Source: Candidatus Hodarchaeota archaeon (GTDB taxonomy: Archaea; Asgardarchaeota; Heimdallarchaeia; Hodarchaeales; Hodarchaeaceae). From it: a stretch of 28,746 nucleotides of DNA. The notes beneath the pieces are model-generated. The model was not told the origin of the DNA. It ran no database searches and worked only from the letters and a program-made list of their open reading frames with translations. Positions within the stretch are counted from its first letter, which is position 1. Every line of letters starts with the position of its first letter. Below are positions 9,547 to 17,993 of this stretch, piece by piece. The position numbers and the translations under genes are program-made. The DNA is taken from assembly GCA_016840035.1 (NCBI GenBank), contig JAEOTC010000060.1, forward strand, positions 1 through 28,746. Reading direction: 5' to 3'.

Positions 9547-10997
9547 TTAATACCATTTCCTAAATTTTTTAAGTGAAAAAATCGTGCTTCTTCACTTGTT
9601 TGTTTTGTTATTAAGACAATTCTTGGTGCTGGCACTGATAGGTGATTCAATTTTTCAAAAATGTCTGCATTCACATCATAGACGATTATAATACTCGCTA
9701 AGTTCGCAACAACATCGTTCACCGTATTTGTGATACACACATGAATTTTCTTCCCACTAAAACCAAAAAGTTCCTTTTCTAACTGAAGACGGGTGAGCGA
9801 AGAAACAGGTTGTTTGATATGAGTAGTTGAAACTCCTTTATCCCTTAATCGACTCTCAAGAAATTCCGCATTCTTCCGAATATTTGTGATTAATGAAATA
9901 CTATCATGATAATCTTCTATTAGTTTAAGAACCTGATTAAACTTCGGATGATCCAGATTAGGGAAAAGTTCGATATATTCTTGAAGTTTCCGAATTATAG
10001 GGTTTCTCAAGAACTCAACCAATGCCTTTCTTCCTATGATATAGGTTTTATCTTTAAGACGGACCCGTAAGTCTTCGAAATACCTTAGAAGAGCAGGAAA
10101 TCCTTGTGAAATCAACACTCGTTGTATATTCATTATACGCTGTAAATTAGCAGTTTTTACCAAAAGTTCCTTCCTTTCTTCATTCAATAAACTGTTGTGA
10201 ATGGCAACAATATCTTGAGATGTGCTCCTAACTGTGACTCCAAATCCTAAACCTTCCAATTCTTTGAGTCTATTCCTTTTCATGTGATTAAGAATGTCTA
10301 GAACGAAATAATACTCTTTGGGCAAAGGAAGTGAGTAATGTTGAATATTCGCTCTTTCTCGTCTACTACTTCCATCAATATTGATTATGTCTAATAATTC
10401 AAGATTATGACATGCTTGTTCGAGCTTGATCACATTTCTTTCTCTCGTAAGTCCTACAACTTGTATTGGATCTAAATTCTGAATAATATATCTCAGTGAA
10501 GACGAGGAGGCTCCCATCTCTGCATAATCTATTATTATCAATGAGAAATGAGTTTTATCAAAAAAATTTTGCTTGTAATCATTTTTCACAGTTTTTGGAG
10601 TTGAAAGAATAATACTAAAACGATTATAATCCGTTTTTCGCGCTTGGGGGAGAATTTGTCCATTATGGATTGTAAAAACCTGATCTAGATTATCTTGGAT
10701 GCAGGATTTAAAGATATCCTGAATCTGTCGCTTGGTTAAAATTAAAACTCGTGGAATAGAATCCCGCGATTTTTCTCTTGAAATAAAATAACTGATCAAC
10801 AAAGAAAGGATCCTGAAAAGCTTCTCTTCTATCCGATATTGAAGTAAGCAATTATTTTTCAGAATCCTTTCCAAACTAATTTGTTCATCCAAAGAGGGGG
10901 TGAATTTAAGTTTATGCGAATTTTCTTTGTTGATTACAGATGAACTCAAACTAAATCTATCCAGAATTTTACAAACAGCTGAATTATCCTTCAGCAT
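9543..10997 (-). CDS. Hef/FANCM-like SF2 pseudohelicase (catalytic motifs lost, no nuclease domain)
   Basis: Collinear with Hef: NGQILPQARKTDY..IILSTPKTVKND...FSLIIIDYAEM (cf. TPQ..ND, DEAH), VVGLT, helical insertion, HPKFNQVLKLI, ITNIRKNAEFL, IIIVYD, LITKQTSEEARF. Walker A is replaced by NCLLQYRIEEKL and motif VI QRxGRxGR is absent. Confidence 0.75.
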   Translation of the reverse strand: MLKDNSAVCKILDRFSLSSSVINKENSHKLKFTPSLDEQISLERILKNNCLLQYRIEEKLFRILSLLISYFISREKSRDSIPRVLILTKRQIQDIFKSCIQDNLDQVFTIHNGQILPQARKTDYNRFSIILSTPKTVKNDYKQNFFDKTHFSLIIIDYAEMGASSSSLRYIIQNLDPIQVVGLTRERNVIKLEQACHNLELLDIINIDGSSRRERANIQHYSLPLPKEYYFVLDILNHMKRNRLKELEGLGFGVTVRSTSQDIVAIHNSLLNEERKELLVKTANLQRIMNIQRVLISQGFPALLRYFEDLRVRLKDKTYIIGRKALVEFLRNPIIRKLQEYIELFPNLDHPKFNQVLKLIEDYHDSISLITNIRKNAEFLESRLRDKGVSTTHIKQPVSSLTRLQLEKELFGFSGKKIHVCITNTVNDVVANLASIIIVYDVNADIFEKLNHLSVPAPRIVLITKQTSEEARFFHLKNLGNGIN

Positions 10998-11223
10998 TTA
11001 TTTTTTCGTTTTTGGAATCTACCCAATTTCGATGCGCGCTACAAGAGATTACTTGTGAGTCTTTCACCACCAGTACTGAAGGAATTCGTCGATTCAACAG
11101 TAAAGAACAAATTCCTCCAATTCCCCAATTTGCAAATTCACATATTTGACATAAGGGACTATTAACGAAAATTTCATCTAGAAATGGTAGCCTGTGTGGT
11201 TGAATAATTGGTTGACTAGTCAC
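10984..11223 (-). CDS. Small Cys/His protein, putative metal-binding (79 aa)
   Basis: CQIC...GIC...SCSAH pattern; GAGGTGA upstream of the GTG start; overlaps the start of the Hef-like gene by 14 nt. Confidence 0.65.
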   Translation of the reverse strand: MTSQPIIQPHRLPFLDEIFVNSPLCQICEFANWGIGGICSLLLNRRIPSVLVVKDSQVISCSAHRNWVDSKNEKINAEG

Positions 11224-11346
11224 GTATGATTCACCTCTTGTAGAGACACTACATCTAGTAATGTCAAATCAACCTTAAATATCTAAAATCCCTACTTCCC
11301 ATTATTTCAAGTATAAAAACCGAGTCATCAATCCATATTGAGATCA

Positions 11347-11850
11347 ATGTTATCTGAAAAACAACTAGTTGAACATCTAGATCTTTTTCTTAGAAATCAA
11401 TTATCCTTCCAGTCGTATATAGAGCTTCAAATTTCCAGTAGTGAAGATCTGAAAATCTCTGAAAAAATTGATCAAGAGCAGATCCGGATAGATTTAGCGG
11501 GAATAAGCCAGATTGATAGTTCAATTCACTTTTTTGAGGCAGAAACTCAGATTCATGTGAATCATCCTACCACCTATTTACAATTTTGCGATTATTGCTA
11601 TCTACTTTGTCCAAATGAACAGTTTGAACTTTTAAATGGAAATACTTTGGAAGAACAGCTTGTATGGGCTCGAGAAGTAGGAATTGGGATAATCTCCATC
11701 TCGCAGAAGGGGGAAATTCGCTCACGAATCAGTGCCGTTCAGCAACCCTTTGATCCTGATATTCGAGAAGTGATACTTACACATATGAACAAACGATATA
11801 AAATTCCATTTTCTACAATTCCCTTATGGAAACGTTCTCGAGCACTATGA
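11347..11850 (+). CDS. PD-(D/E)xK-fold nuclease-like protein, MmcB-like
   Basis: N-terminal SExxL helix, RIDL (catalytic Asp), IHFFEAET (ExE in place of ExK), YLQFCDYCYLLCP and GIGII, as in MmcB-like proteins. ATG 11347 (the ORF track starts at TTG 11338). Confidence 0.6.
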   Translation: MLSEKQLVEHLDLFLRNQLSFQSYIELQISSSEDLKISEKIDQEQIRIDLAGISQIDSSIHFFEAETQIHVNHPTTYLQFCDYCYLLCPNEQFELLNGNTLEEQLVWAREVGIGIISISQKGEIRSRISAVQQPFDPDIREVILTHMNKRYKIPFSTIPLWKRSRAL

Positions 11851-12397
11851 TACCAAATTGGAGTGAAAGATTATCCCTCGTCGAAAAAAATTAGTTGTTT
11901 GCTCTCCAACAGAGAGGAAGAAAGCAGAAATCTTTAATCGTATTGACTTACTTCTTGATGAAGATCGATTGGATCAGGCAATTAATGATCTAAGTTATTT
12001 ATTACGTACTGCACCAAGTTTAAATCAGGAAGTTAGATACAAGCTTGCTCTTACCTTTTTTCTGCGAAGTGAACCAGATAAAACATTAGATTTATTGGGA
12101 CCTCTCCTTCCTTCCATAAAAGAGGAGATCACTGACTTAGCAATGCAAGCCTTTCTTTCCTTGGATGATCAGAAAAAATCAATCCAAATACTCATCAACT
12201 CTTCCCTAAATAACCAAGAGAAATCAAAATTATATCAAAAGTACTTTATTGAAAGGGACTTGGTCCAACGGTTGCCCCCACCTCTCCCCCTGATAGATCT
12301 GTATTGTGTTAATTGTGGAGGCCATCTATTCTTCTACCATCAGCGAACCTACTGTTTGGTGTGTAATTCGGTCTATTTATCTAAATTTCTTGCCTAG
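11847..12397 (+). CDS. TPR-like helical protein with C-terminal Zn ribbon, interrupted by a -1 frameshift at about 11885-11891
   Basis: ATG 11847 overlaps the upstream TGA (ATGA) and reads MIPNWSERLSLVEKN* (TAG 11892). The -1 frame is open from 11867 and continues LVVCSPTERKKAEIFNRIDLLLDEDRLDQAINDL... to 12397. TPR-like DQAINDL..APSLNQEVRYKLALTFF; Zn ribbon CVNC-x12-CLVC. Confidence 0.65.
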
Positions 12398-13511
12398 AAG
12401 ACTCTTTAGTCTTTAGATTTTCTTCGTACTCTAGTTTGACAGAGTTCTCTCGCTGTTCCTCCTCAAGTTGAATTTTATCCACAACTCTTGCTAGTAATGT
12501 TTTTTCGTTCTCTTCTACTTCGGTTTCAAGGATCTCAAAAGATTCCTCATTCTCAAATCGTGAGTTCTGCACGATTGAACTTTCTTTTCCCGAATTAACT
12601 GTATTTGCTTCAGATATTCGGTCCTGAGAATTAGACTCAGTATCCAGATGAGATTCCATGAGTGTGTCAGCTTGTTCCACAATCTTATCTTCTGTCAGGA
12701 AGGTAGAAGTGCTGGAAGGCGAAATAGCAATTTTACTTTTCTCGGATTCTGAAAGAATTTCTCTTGAAATTGTAACCGGAGGAGTTCCCGTCAAATCAGA
12801 TAAAATACTCTCTTCAGTTTCAGAATGTTCTTCTTTAGAATCTTCATCACTTTCAATGGACACTGGATCATTACCAAAATCAGGGGGCCTCGTTTCATGT
12901 GAAGAATTATTTAAGTCCGACACAAGCCAATTTTGATTACCAAGAATATCGGGTCTGGAAATACTAGCTAAGACTAATCCTGGGATGATTTTTTGTAACG
13001 CTCCTTGAAAATCAAGACTCTGTTCTTTAATATCATAAAAGAAAGTCTCCAATTTTTCGGGGAATTTAACTAATGAAGGATAGTCTAGCTCCTGGAATTC
13101 AATGAACAGAGAGAATATCGTCTTGGAAGAATCTTCAAGAATTCGAAATTCAAATTCATGGAGGTTTTTGAGAACAGACAGTCGAAAATCTTCAGGTTTG
13201 GCTTCAATTGTGTAATCAAGTAAAACTGCTGTTGTATTATCAATGATAGAATATATAATTACAGCTTCGGGTAGAAGATCAGAATAAAAAATCTCATGTG
13301 TGGAGGGAATACTACTAAAATGAAAGGTTTCTAGTTGGATTCGTCTATCAGCATTATCCAAGATTGTACCTATAAAATAACCGATTCCTCCAAAGAGGAA
13401 AAGGAACAAAGTACTTGGACTTATAATTGTATATAACAAATACCCGAATAAAAATCCGATGATTGTTGTTAATATGTTCTTATTTATCATCGTTACTCGT
13501 TTCTTTTTCAA
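12381..13511 (-). CDS. Membrane-anchored hypothetical protein (2 N-terminal TM helices, globular middle, acidic low-complexity C-terminal half)
   Basis: Hydrophobic ILTTIIGFLFGYLLYTII and LFLFLFGGIGYFIGTIL; E/S/D-rich tail. Alternative start ATG 13490. Confidence 0.75.
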   Translation of the reverse strand: MKKKRVTMINKNILTTIIGFLFGYLLYTIISPSTLFLFLFGGIGYFIGTILDNADRRIQLETFHFSSIPSTHEIFYSDLLPEAVIIYSIIDNTTAVLLDYTIEAKPEDFRLSVLKNLHEFEFRILEDSSKTIFSLFIEFQELDYPSLVKFPEKLETFFYDIKEQSLDFQGALQKIIPGLVLASISRPDILGNQNWLVSDLNNSSHETRPPDFGNDPVSIESDEDSKEEHSETEESILSDLTGTPPVTISREILSESEKSKIAISPSSTSTFLTEDKIVEQADTLMESHLDTESNSQDRISEANTVNSGKESSIVQNSRFENEESFEILETEVEENEKTLLARVVDKIQLEEEQRENSVKLEYEENLKTKESSRQEI

Positions 13512-13603
13512 TGATCTGAATAGTTTGAATATCTCTACTATTCATCATTGTATTCTTACTTTACCTTATATATCCAAAATCCACTTGGTATCTTTTGATT
13601 AAT

Positions 13604-16366
13604 TCAGGACAGAAATCTTCTACATTCGTTATAATCTGTACCGAGAGGGATTTCTTTGTTTTGAAGAATGAAATCAAGAATTTGTCGTGCACCCTCTTTA
13701 TCCAAAAGTGTATTGTTCTTACTACAGCGTGGCAAAAAGCAGCACTTGGGACACCCGTCTTGACATTCACATTGTAGGATCACACTTGCTCGTGCAAAAA
13801 GCTCAGATAAATGGCTTATTAACATTTCACATATCCCATAACCAGTTGCTTGATCAAACAAAAGTATGTATCCTTGTGGGAGGAGAGCTATTCCGCCTAT
13901 TTCGTGAATCTGTCCACCAATATATGGCAAACTGGCATGAATAAGAACATGAACTAGAGTATGTAGTGAGTCACTAAATCTGCTTTGCTCAAGTGAAAAA
14001 TCATCTGCAGTTCTTGGTATTTGAAATAATATTCCTCGTGATTGTGATGAATAATATAATGGATCACGTAATTTCTTGACTTCTGTTCCGGAGGGAGTCT
14101 GAAGGGTATATCCAATAACTGATTGCACAATCTTTGTTGTCACTAATTTAACCTCTAAACCAAAAGTGGAACGTAATGATTCATGAACCTCTAATATCTG
14201 AGGTTTCATTTTCGAAATTGGGAATGTCTGTCCCCATGCATTCTTAGGCTTAACCAAATCAACCCACCCTCTAAATCCATTAAAACTATAACTAACCACT
14301 CTATATCTAATACCCCCAGCTAAATAGTAAGCTCCTGGATATAATTCGTACATCGCTAAAGGCATAGATCGTTTACCTATTTGTTTACCACCTCGAACTT
14401 TGATTACTATCTCGTGATTTGTTCCTCTGATTGAATATTTCTTGACCTTCTCAGATCCCTCTTTGGTCGGAATAAATATCGACTCGTCAAACTTCTGAAG
14501 ATAGTTCTTTCTCATAAGATCTTGAATCATATATTGATAAGCTGGAAACTCTTCATTTCCTAGAGGATAATCAAGAGCAGCAGCGAGTAATTGATGCCCA
14601 ACAACAGTAGGATTGGTAGGGTCGAAGAAGACATCCTCAACCTCCTGAAAATATCTCTCAGGGTTATTATAGTAATAATGACTGATTGGATCATCAGCAT
14701 TAAGATGAATTATTGCCACAGCGTCTTGTCCTTTCCTCCCGGCTCTACCAATCCTTTGAATAGCTCTATTAGCAGATATTGGTGGAGTAACCACAATTTC
14801 TAACTCCCCAATGTCAATTCCCAGCTCCAATGTCGGAGTAGCTATTAATAGGTCAATTCCTCCATCCCGGAACTGTGATTCTACCTCTTCACGAATTTTC
14901 CTTGGTAAACCGGCCCGATGGATTCCTATCCTATCCGAAGAACTCTTCAATCTTTGAAATAAGTACTCTGCACTGCGATGAGAATCTTGAAATGCAAGGA
15001 TTTTTCCATTTGGCTTAATTGAATTTAATAAACTGACTATACCATCGAATGTAGACATTCCATCAAATGGTGCTATCATCAAGAAGTGTAATCGTCCTCT
15101 TCGTCCATTTTTACATTCAATTACACTTATTGGTCGATTTAATAAGCGACTAGTAAACTGCTTTGGATTAGCCACCGTCGCTGATGCACTAATATATTGA
15201 ATCCTCTGGTCTAGGAGTCGTTCTAATCGTTTCAGAATAAAGTGCATATTACTTCCGAATGTTCCGGAAAATGTGTGGATTTCATCTAAAATCACGATCT
15301 TCAAATTTGCAATCAAATTCTGAAAGTATCCTGAATTTTTCCCAATTCCCAGATGGTAGTGAAGAATGTCAGGGTTTGTAATCAATATTTCAGGAGGGTC
15401 AGCGAATATCTTCTTTCTCCAATAGTGGGAAGTATCTCCATCAAATACCTTCACAGTCAGATTTAGTAATGAAGCAATCTCGGTAATTTTTCTGAGTTGA
15501 TCTTTGGCAAGGGCCTTTTGAGGATATATTATTAGCAATTGAACACCGTATCCCACAAAATCTTTGATTTTTAATAGTGCAGGTAGAAGAAAAGCTTCAG
15601 TTTTTCCATTTCCGGTCGGTGCTACAATACAAACATCTTGATTTGCTAAAATTTTTTTAAAAGATTCTTCTTGGAATTTATAAAGGCGTTTAATATTCCT
15701 AGTAGTCAAATACTGAATAATCTTATCATTATTTATAGAGTGGATAGATTTACCATATTCTCCACTCTGTTTATCAAAAAACCTGTAATCTACTATCTGG
15801 TGCTGTGCAAATTGAACAATACGTTTGATTACTGTGGGTAAGGCCGATTCTGACTCTGTAATTTTAAAATGCGAGTAAAACTCATTCAACGAAAAAATAC
15901 TTCTCGGGGCATGGTTTTGGATATGTGCAGCCTTTTGTAATCCAAGTGGTTTATCAACTGGTAATGATTTGAGCTTTCCCGCACTTTTTAACCTGGATTT
16001 CACAGATGAACTCAAAGTAACACCACCCCCCTTCAATGAATAATATTTTTGTAAGCAAAATTCACCTTTACTATTTTCTTTCAATTTAAAGTATAGTGAT
16101 GAGAGAGCTTTCCATGTCTCCTTATGCTGGTCGTCCTCTCGTAAAATTGTACCAAAAGTAAGTTTAGCCTCATTAAAATGTTTCATCTTAACGAAACGAG
16201 TAGCAATTGACGAAAGTAATGAAATTGATGGTTTAGGAGAAGTAGATGAAATAATAGCATTGAATGTGTCTACCAGATCATCAATATCGTGATTGAGTGC
16301 ATATTCTTCCATAGCTAAATTGTACCTGTTCCAGAGCGACTTTTCGCGTTCTTCAGTTACATTCAT
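13604..16366 (-). CDS. Hrq1/YprA(MrfA)-type DEAH helicase with C-terminal DUF1998 Zn domain and N-terminal TPR-like region
   Basis: LYKFQ, APTGNGKT, YPQKALAKDQ, DGDT, ITNPDILH, DEIH, SAT, TLELGIDIG, QRIGRAGR; C-terminal HTLVH..YILLFD..GYG and CECQDGCPKC. The N-terminal ~110 aa are TPR-like (HFNEAKLTFGTILREDDQHKETWKALSSLYF). Confidence 0.88.
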   Translation of the reverse strand: MNVTEEREKSLWNRYNLAMEEYALNHDIDDLVDTFNAIISSTSPKPSISLLSSIATRFVKMKHFNEAKLTFGTILREDDQHKETWKALSSLYFKLKENSKGEFCLQKYYSLKGGGVTLSSSVKSRLKSAGKLKSLPVDKPLGLQKAAHIQNHAPRSIFSLNEFYSHFKITESESALPTVIKRIVQFAQHQIVDYRFFDKQSGEYGKSIHSINNDKIIQYLTTRNIKRLYKFQEESFKKILANQDVCIVAPTGNGKTEAFLLPALLKIKDFVGYGVQLLIIYPQKALAKDQLRKITEIASLLNLTVKVFDGDTSHYWRKKIFADPPEILITNPDILHYHLGIGKNSGYFQNLIANLKIVILDEIHTFSGTFGSNMHFILKRLERLLDQRIQYISASATVANPKQFTSRLLNRPISVIECKNGRRGRLHFLMIAPFDGMSTFDGIVSLLNSIKPNGKILAFQDSHRSAEYLFQRLKSSSDRIGIHRAGLPRKIREEVESQFRDGGIDLLIATPTLELGIDIGELEIVVTPPISANRAIQRIGRAGRKGQDAVAIIHLNADDPISHYYYNNPERYFQEVEDVFFDPTNPTVVGHQLLAAALDYPLGNEEFPAYQYMIQDLMRKNYLQKFDESIFIPTKEGSEKVKKYSIRGTNHEIVIKVRGGKQIGKRSMPLAMYELYPGAYYLAGGIRYRVVSYSFNGFRGWVDLVKPKNAWGQTFPISKMKPQILEVHESLRSTFGLEVKLVTTKIVQSVIGYTLQTPSGTEVKKLRDPLYYSSQSRGILFQIPRTADDFSLEQSRFSDSLHTLVHVLIHASLPYIGGQIHEIGGIALLPQGYILLFDQATGYGICEMLISHLSELFARASVILQCECQDGCPKCCFLPRCSKNNTLLDKEGARQILDFILQNKEIPLGTDYNECRRFLS

Positions 16367-16413
16367 CTCTTTTCTGTAATGGAATGGAATTATCCTTTAT
16401 GAATTCAAAAAAG

Positions 16414-16454
16414 TTATTATAAATTACGACATTTTTTATAAGGTATTTATAAGG
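16414..16454. promoter_or_regulatory. Cluster of TATA-like elements in the divergent helicase/luxE intergenic region
   Basis: TTATAAA at 16417-16423 and a direct repeat TTTATAAGG at 16435-16443 and 16446-16454. Confidence 0.4.
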
Positions 16455-16578
16455 AATAGATTTGAATAAGCATTTTTCACCCGTTTTCGAATATTTAAAC
16501 GATTCCCAGTATCTGTTTCAGAGGTAAATGAAAATGGTTATTTCAACACATATTCTCTCGGGGGAAAGACAAACCGAG

Positions 16579-17961
16579 ATGTTTCAAAATCCACAATCCT
16601 TAGTTCAAGCGACCAATGAAGAATTGTTTAGTCTTGAAACTGACTTTGTACAGCAAATTCAATTAGCTGGTGCCCAAAAAAGATTTGAATACTTTTATCC
16701 AAGGATAAAAGCATTAAAGCGACTGGCAGATGAACAAAAAATCTCAGAGATAAACGAGCTCAATGATTTAGCTCCGATTCTATTTCAACATACCGTGTAC
16801 AAGAGTTATCCTTTAACATTCATTGAAAAAAAGAGGTTTGATAAGCTTACACAATGGTTGGATAGGTTAACAACCCATGATTTATCATCCATCTTAACTG
16901 ACAAATGCAATTCAATAGATTCGTGGCTAGAAGCAATCGAAAACCAGTCGGAAATAAAAATTGTGCATAGCACGGGTACTAGTGGTAAACTGAGCTTTCT
17001 GCCAAGGAGTGAAAGTGAAATGGAAAATTTCAAGAGAGCTTTTTACCTGTTCGTTGAAGTTCTTACAGGTGTTAATCCTCACACTACGAAAATACCAGTG
17101 TTTTTCCCAAGTTTTTCCGATGGAAGGCAATTAGCTCAACGAGTTTTGAGTCGTTTTGGACCAATATTAGCAGGATCCAAAGATGAATATCATACTGCCA
17201 TACCTGGATTTCTCTCGGCTGATTTTATGTCCCTTGCAGGAAGATTACAAGCAGCCAAAGCAAAAGGAGAGTTGGGTAAACTCCAAATGTTAAAAGCACT
17301 AAGTTACAACAAAGGTGAGCTCATTCGAATTAAACGAAACCGTCCAAAGTATATGGCAGCTTTCTTTGATAATATGATCAAAAACTATCAAGGCCGGCAA
17401 GTGTTTATGTTAGGAACACTTACGTCAATGATAGAAGCCGCTTTAGAAGGAGAAAAACAAGGTTTAAGTCAAGTTTTTGCTTCCAATTCCGCTATTGTCA
17501 CTGGAGGTGGTCTCAAAGGTCAAACCGTTCCCGACGACTGGTATGAACGCATATGTAACTTTTATGGTGTTCAAAGTATTCGAGATGGATATGGTATGAC
17601 TGAAACCACAGGCTACATGCCTTCATGTGAACACAACCATTACCACATTTATCCACATTTTATCCCCTTCATTTTCGATATTGGTAATGGAAATGTGTTA
17701 CCACGATCAGGTATCCAAACTGGACGGTATGGATTTTATGATCTACTAAGTGAAAGCTATTGGGGCGGTTTCCTGACCGGAGACCTAGTTACCCTTCATT
17801 GGGACGATCAATGTGCATGTGGACGAACTGGTCCCTGGCTAGAGAAGAAAATTCAGCGGATAAGTGAAGCTAATGATGGTGATGACAAGATTAGCTGTGC
17901 TGGTAGTCAAGAAGCATATGATTCATTTATTGACTATCTTCTCAACTTAGAGGAAGAATAA
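16579..17961 (+). CDS. LuxE/PaaK-like acyl-protein synthetase (ANL adenylating superfamily)
   Basis: P-loop HSTGTSGKLSFLPRS, TGGGLKG, YGMTE, TGD, CACGRTGP, and C-terminal KISCAG (position comparable to the LuxE acylated Cys). Start is ATG 16579 or 16528. Confidence 0.8.
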   Translation: MFQNPQSLVQATNEELFSLETDFVQQIQLAGAQKRFEYFYPRIKALKRLADEQKISEINELNDLAPILFQHTVYKSYPLTFIEKKRFDKLTQWLDRLTTHDLSSILTDKCNSIDSWLEAIENQSEIKIVHSTGTSGKLSFLPRSESEMENFKRAFYLFVEVLTGVNPHTTKIPVFFPSFSDGRQLAQRVLSRFGPILAGSKDEYHTAIPGFLSADFMSLAGRLQAAKAKGELGKLQMLKALSYNKGELIRIKRNRPKYMAAFFDNMIKNYQGRQVFMLGTLTSMIEAALEGEKQGLSQVFASNSAIVTGGGLKGQTVPDDWYERICNFYGVQSIRDGYGMTETTGYMPSCEHNHYHIYPHFIPFIFDIGNGNVLPRSGIQTGRYGFYDLLSESYWGGFLTGDLVTLHWDDQCACGRTGPWLEKKIQRISEANDGDDKISCAGSQEAYDSFIDYLLNLEEE

Positions 17962-17993
17962 TCCTCTTCCTATTTTATTTGGAGGATCTACCA

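Noticed and set aside
11892-11894. TAG read-through (pyrrolysine) at the two early stops (11892 and 5239)
   Set aside because: Read-through in the same frame hits another stop within a few dozen codons; the long ORFs are in the -1 frame.
13604-16366. DISARM/Druantia-type defence system (DUF1998 helicase)
   Set aside because: The size and motifs fit the Hrq1/YprA repair type, and there is no methylase, phospholipase D or other Drm/Dru partner nearby.
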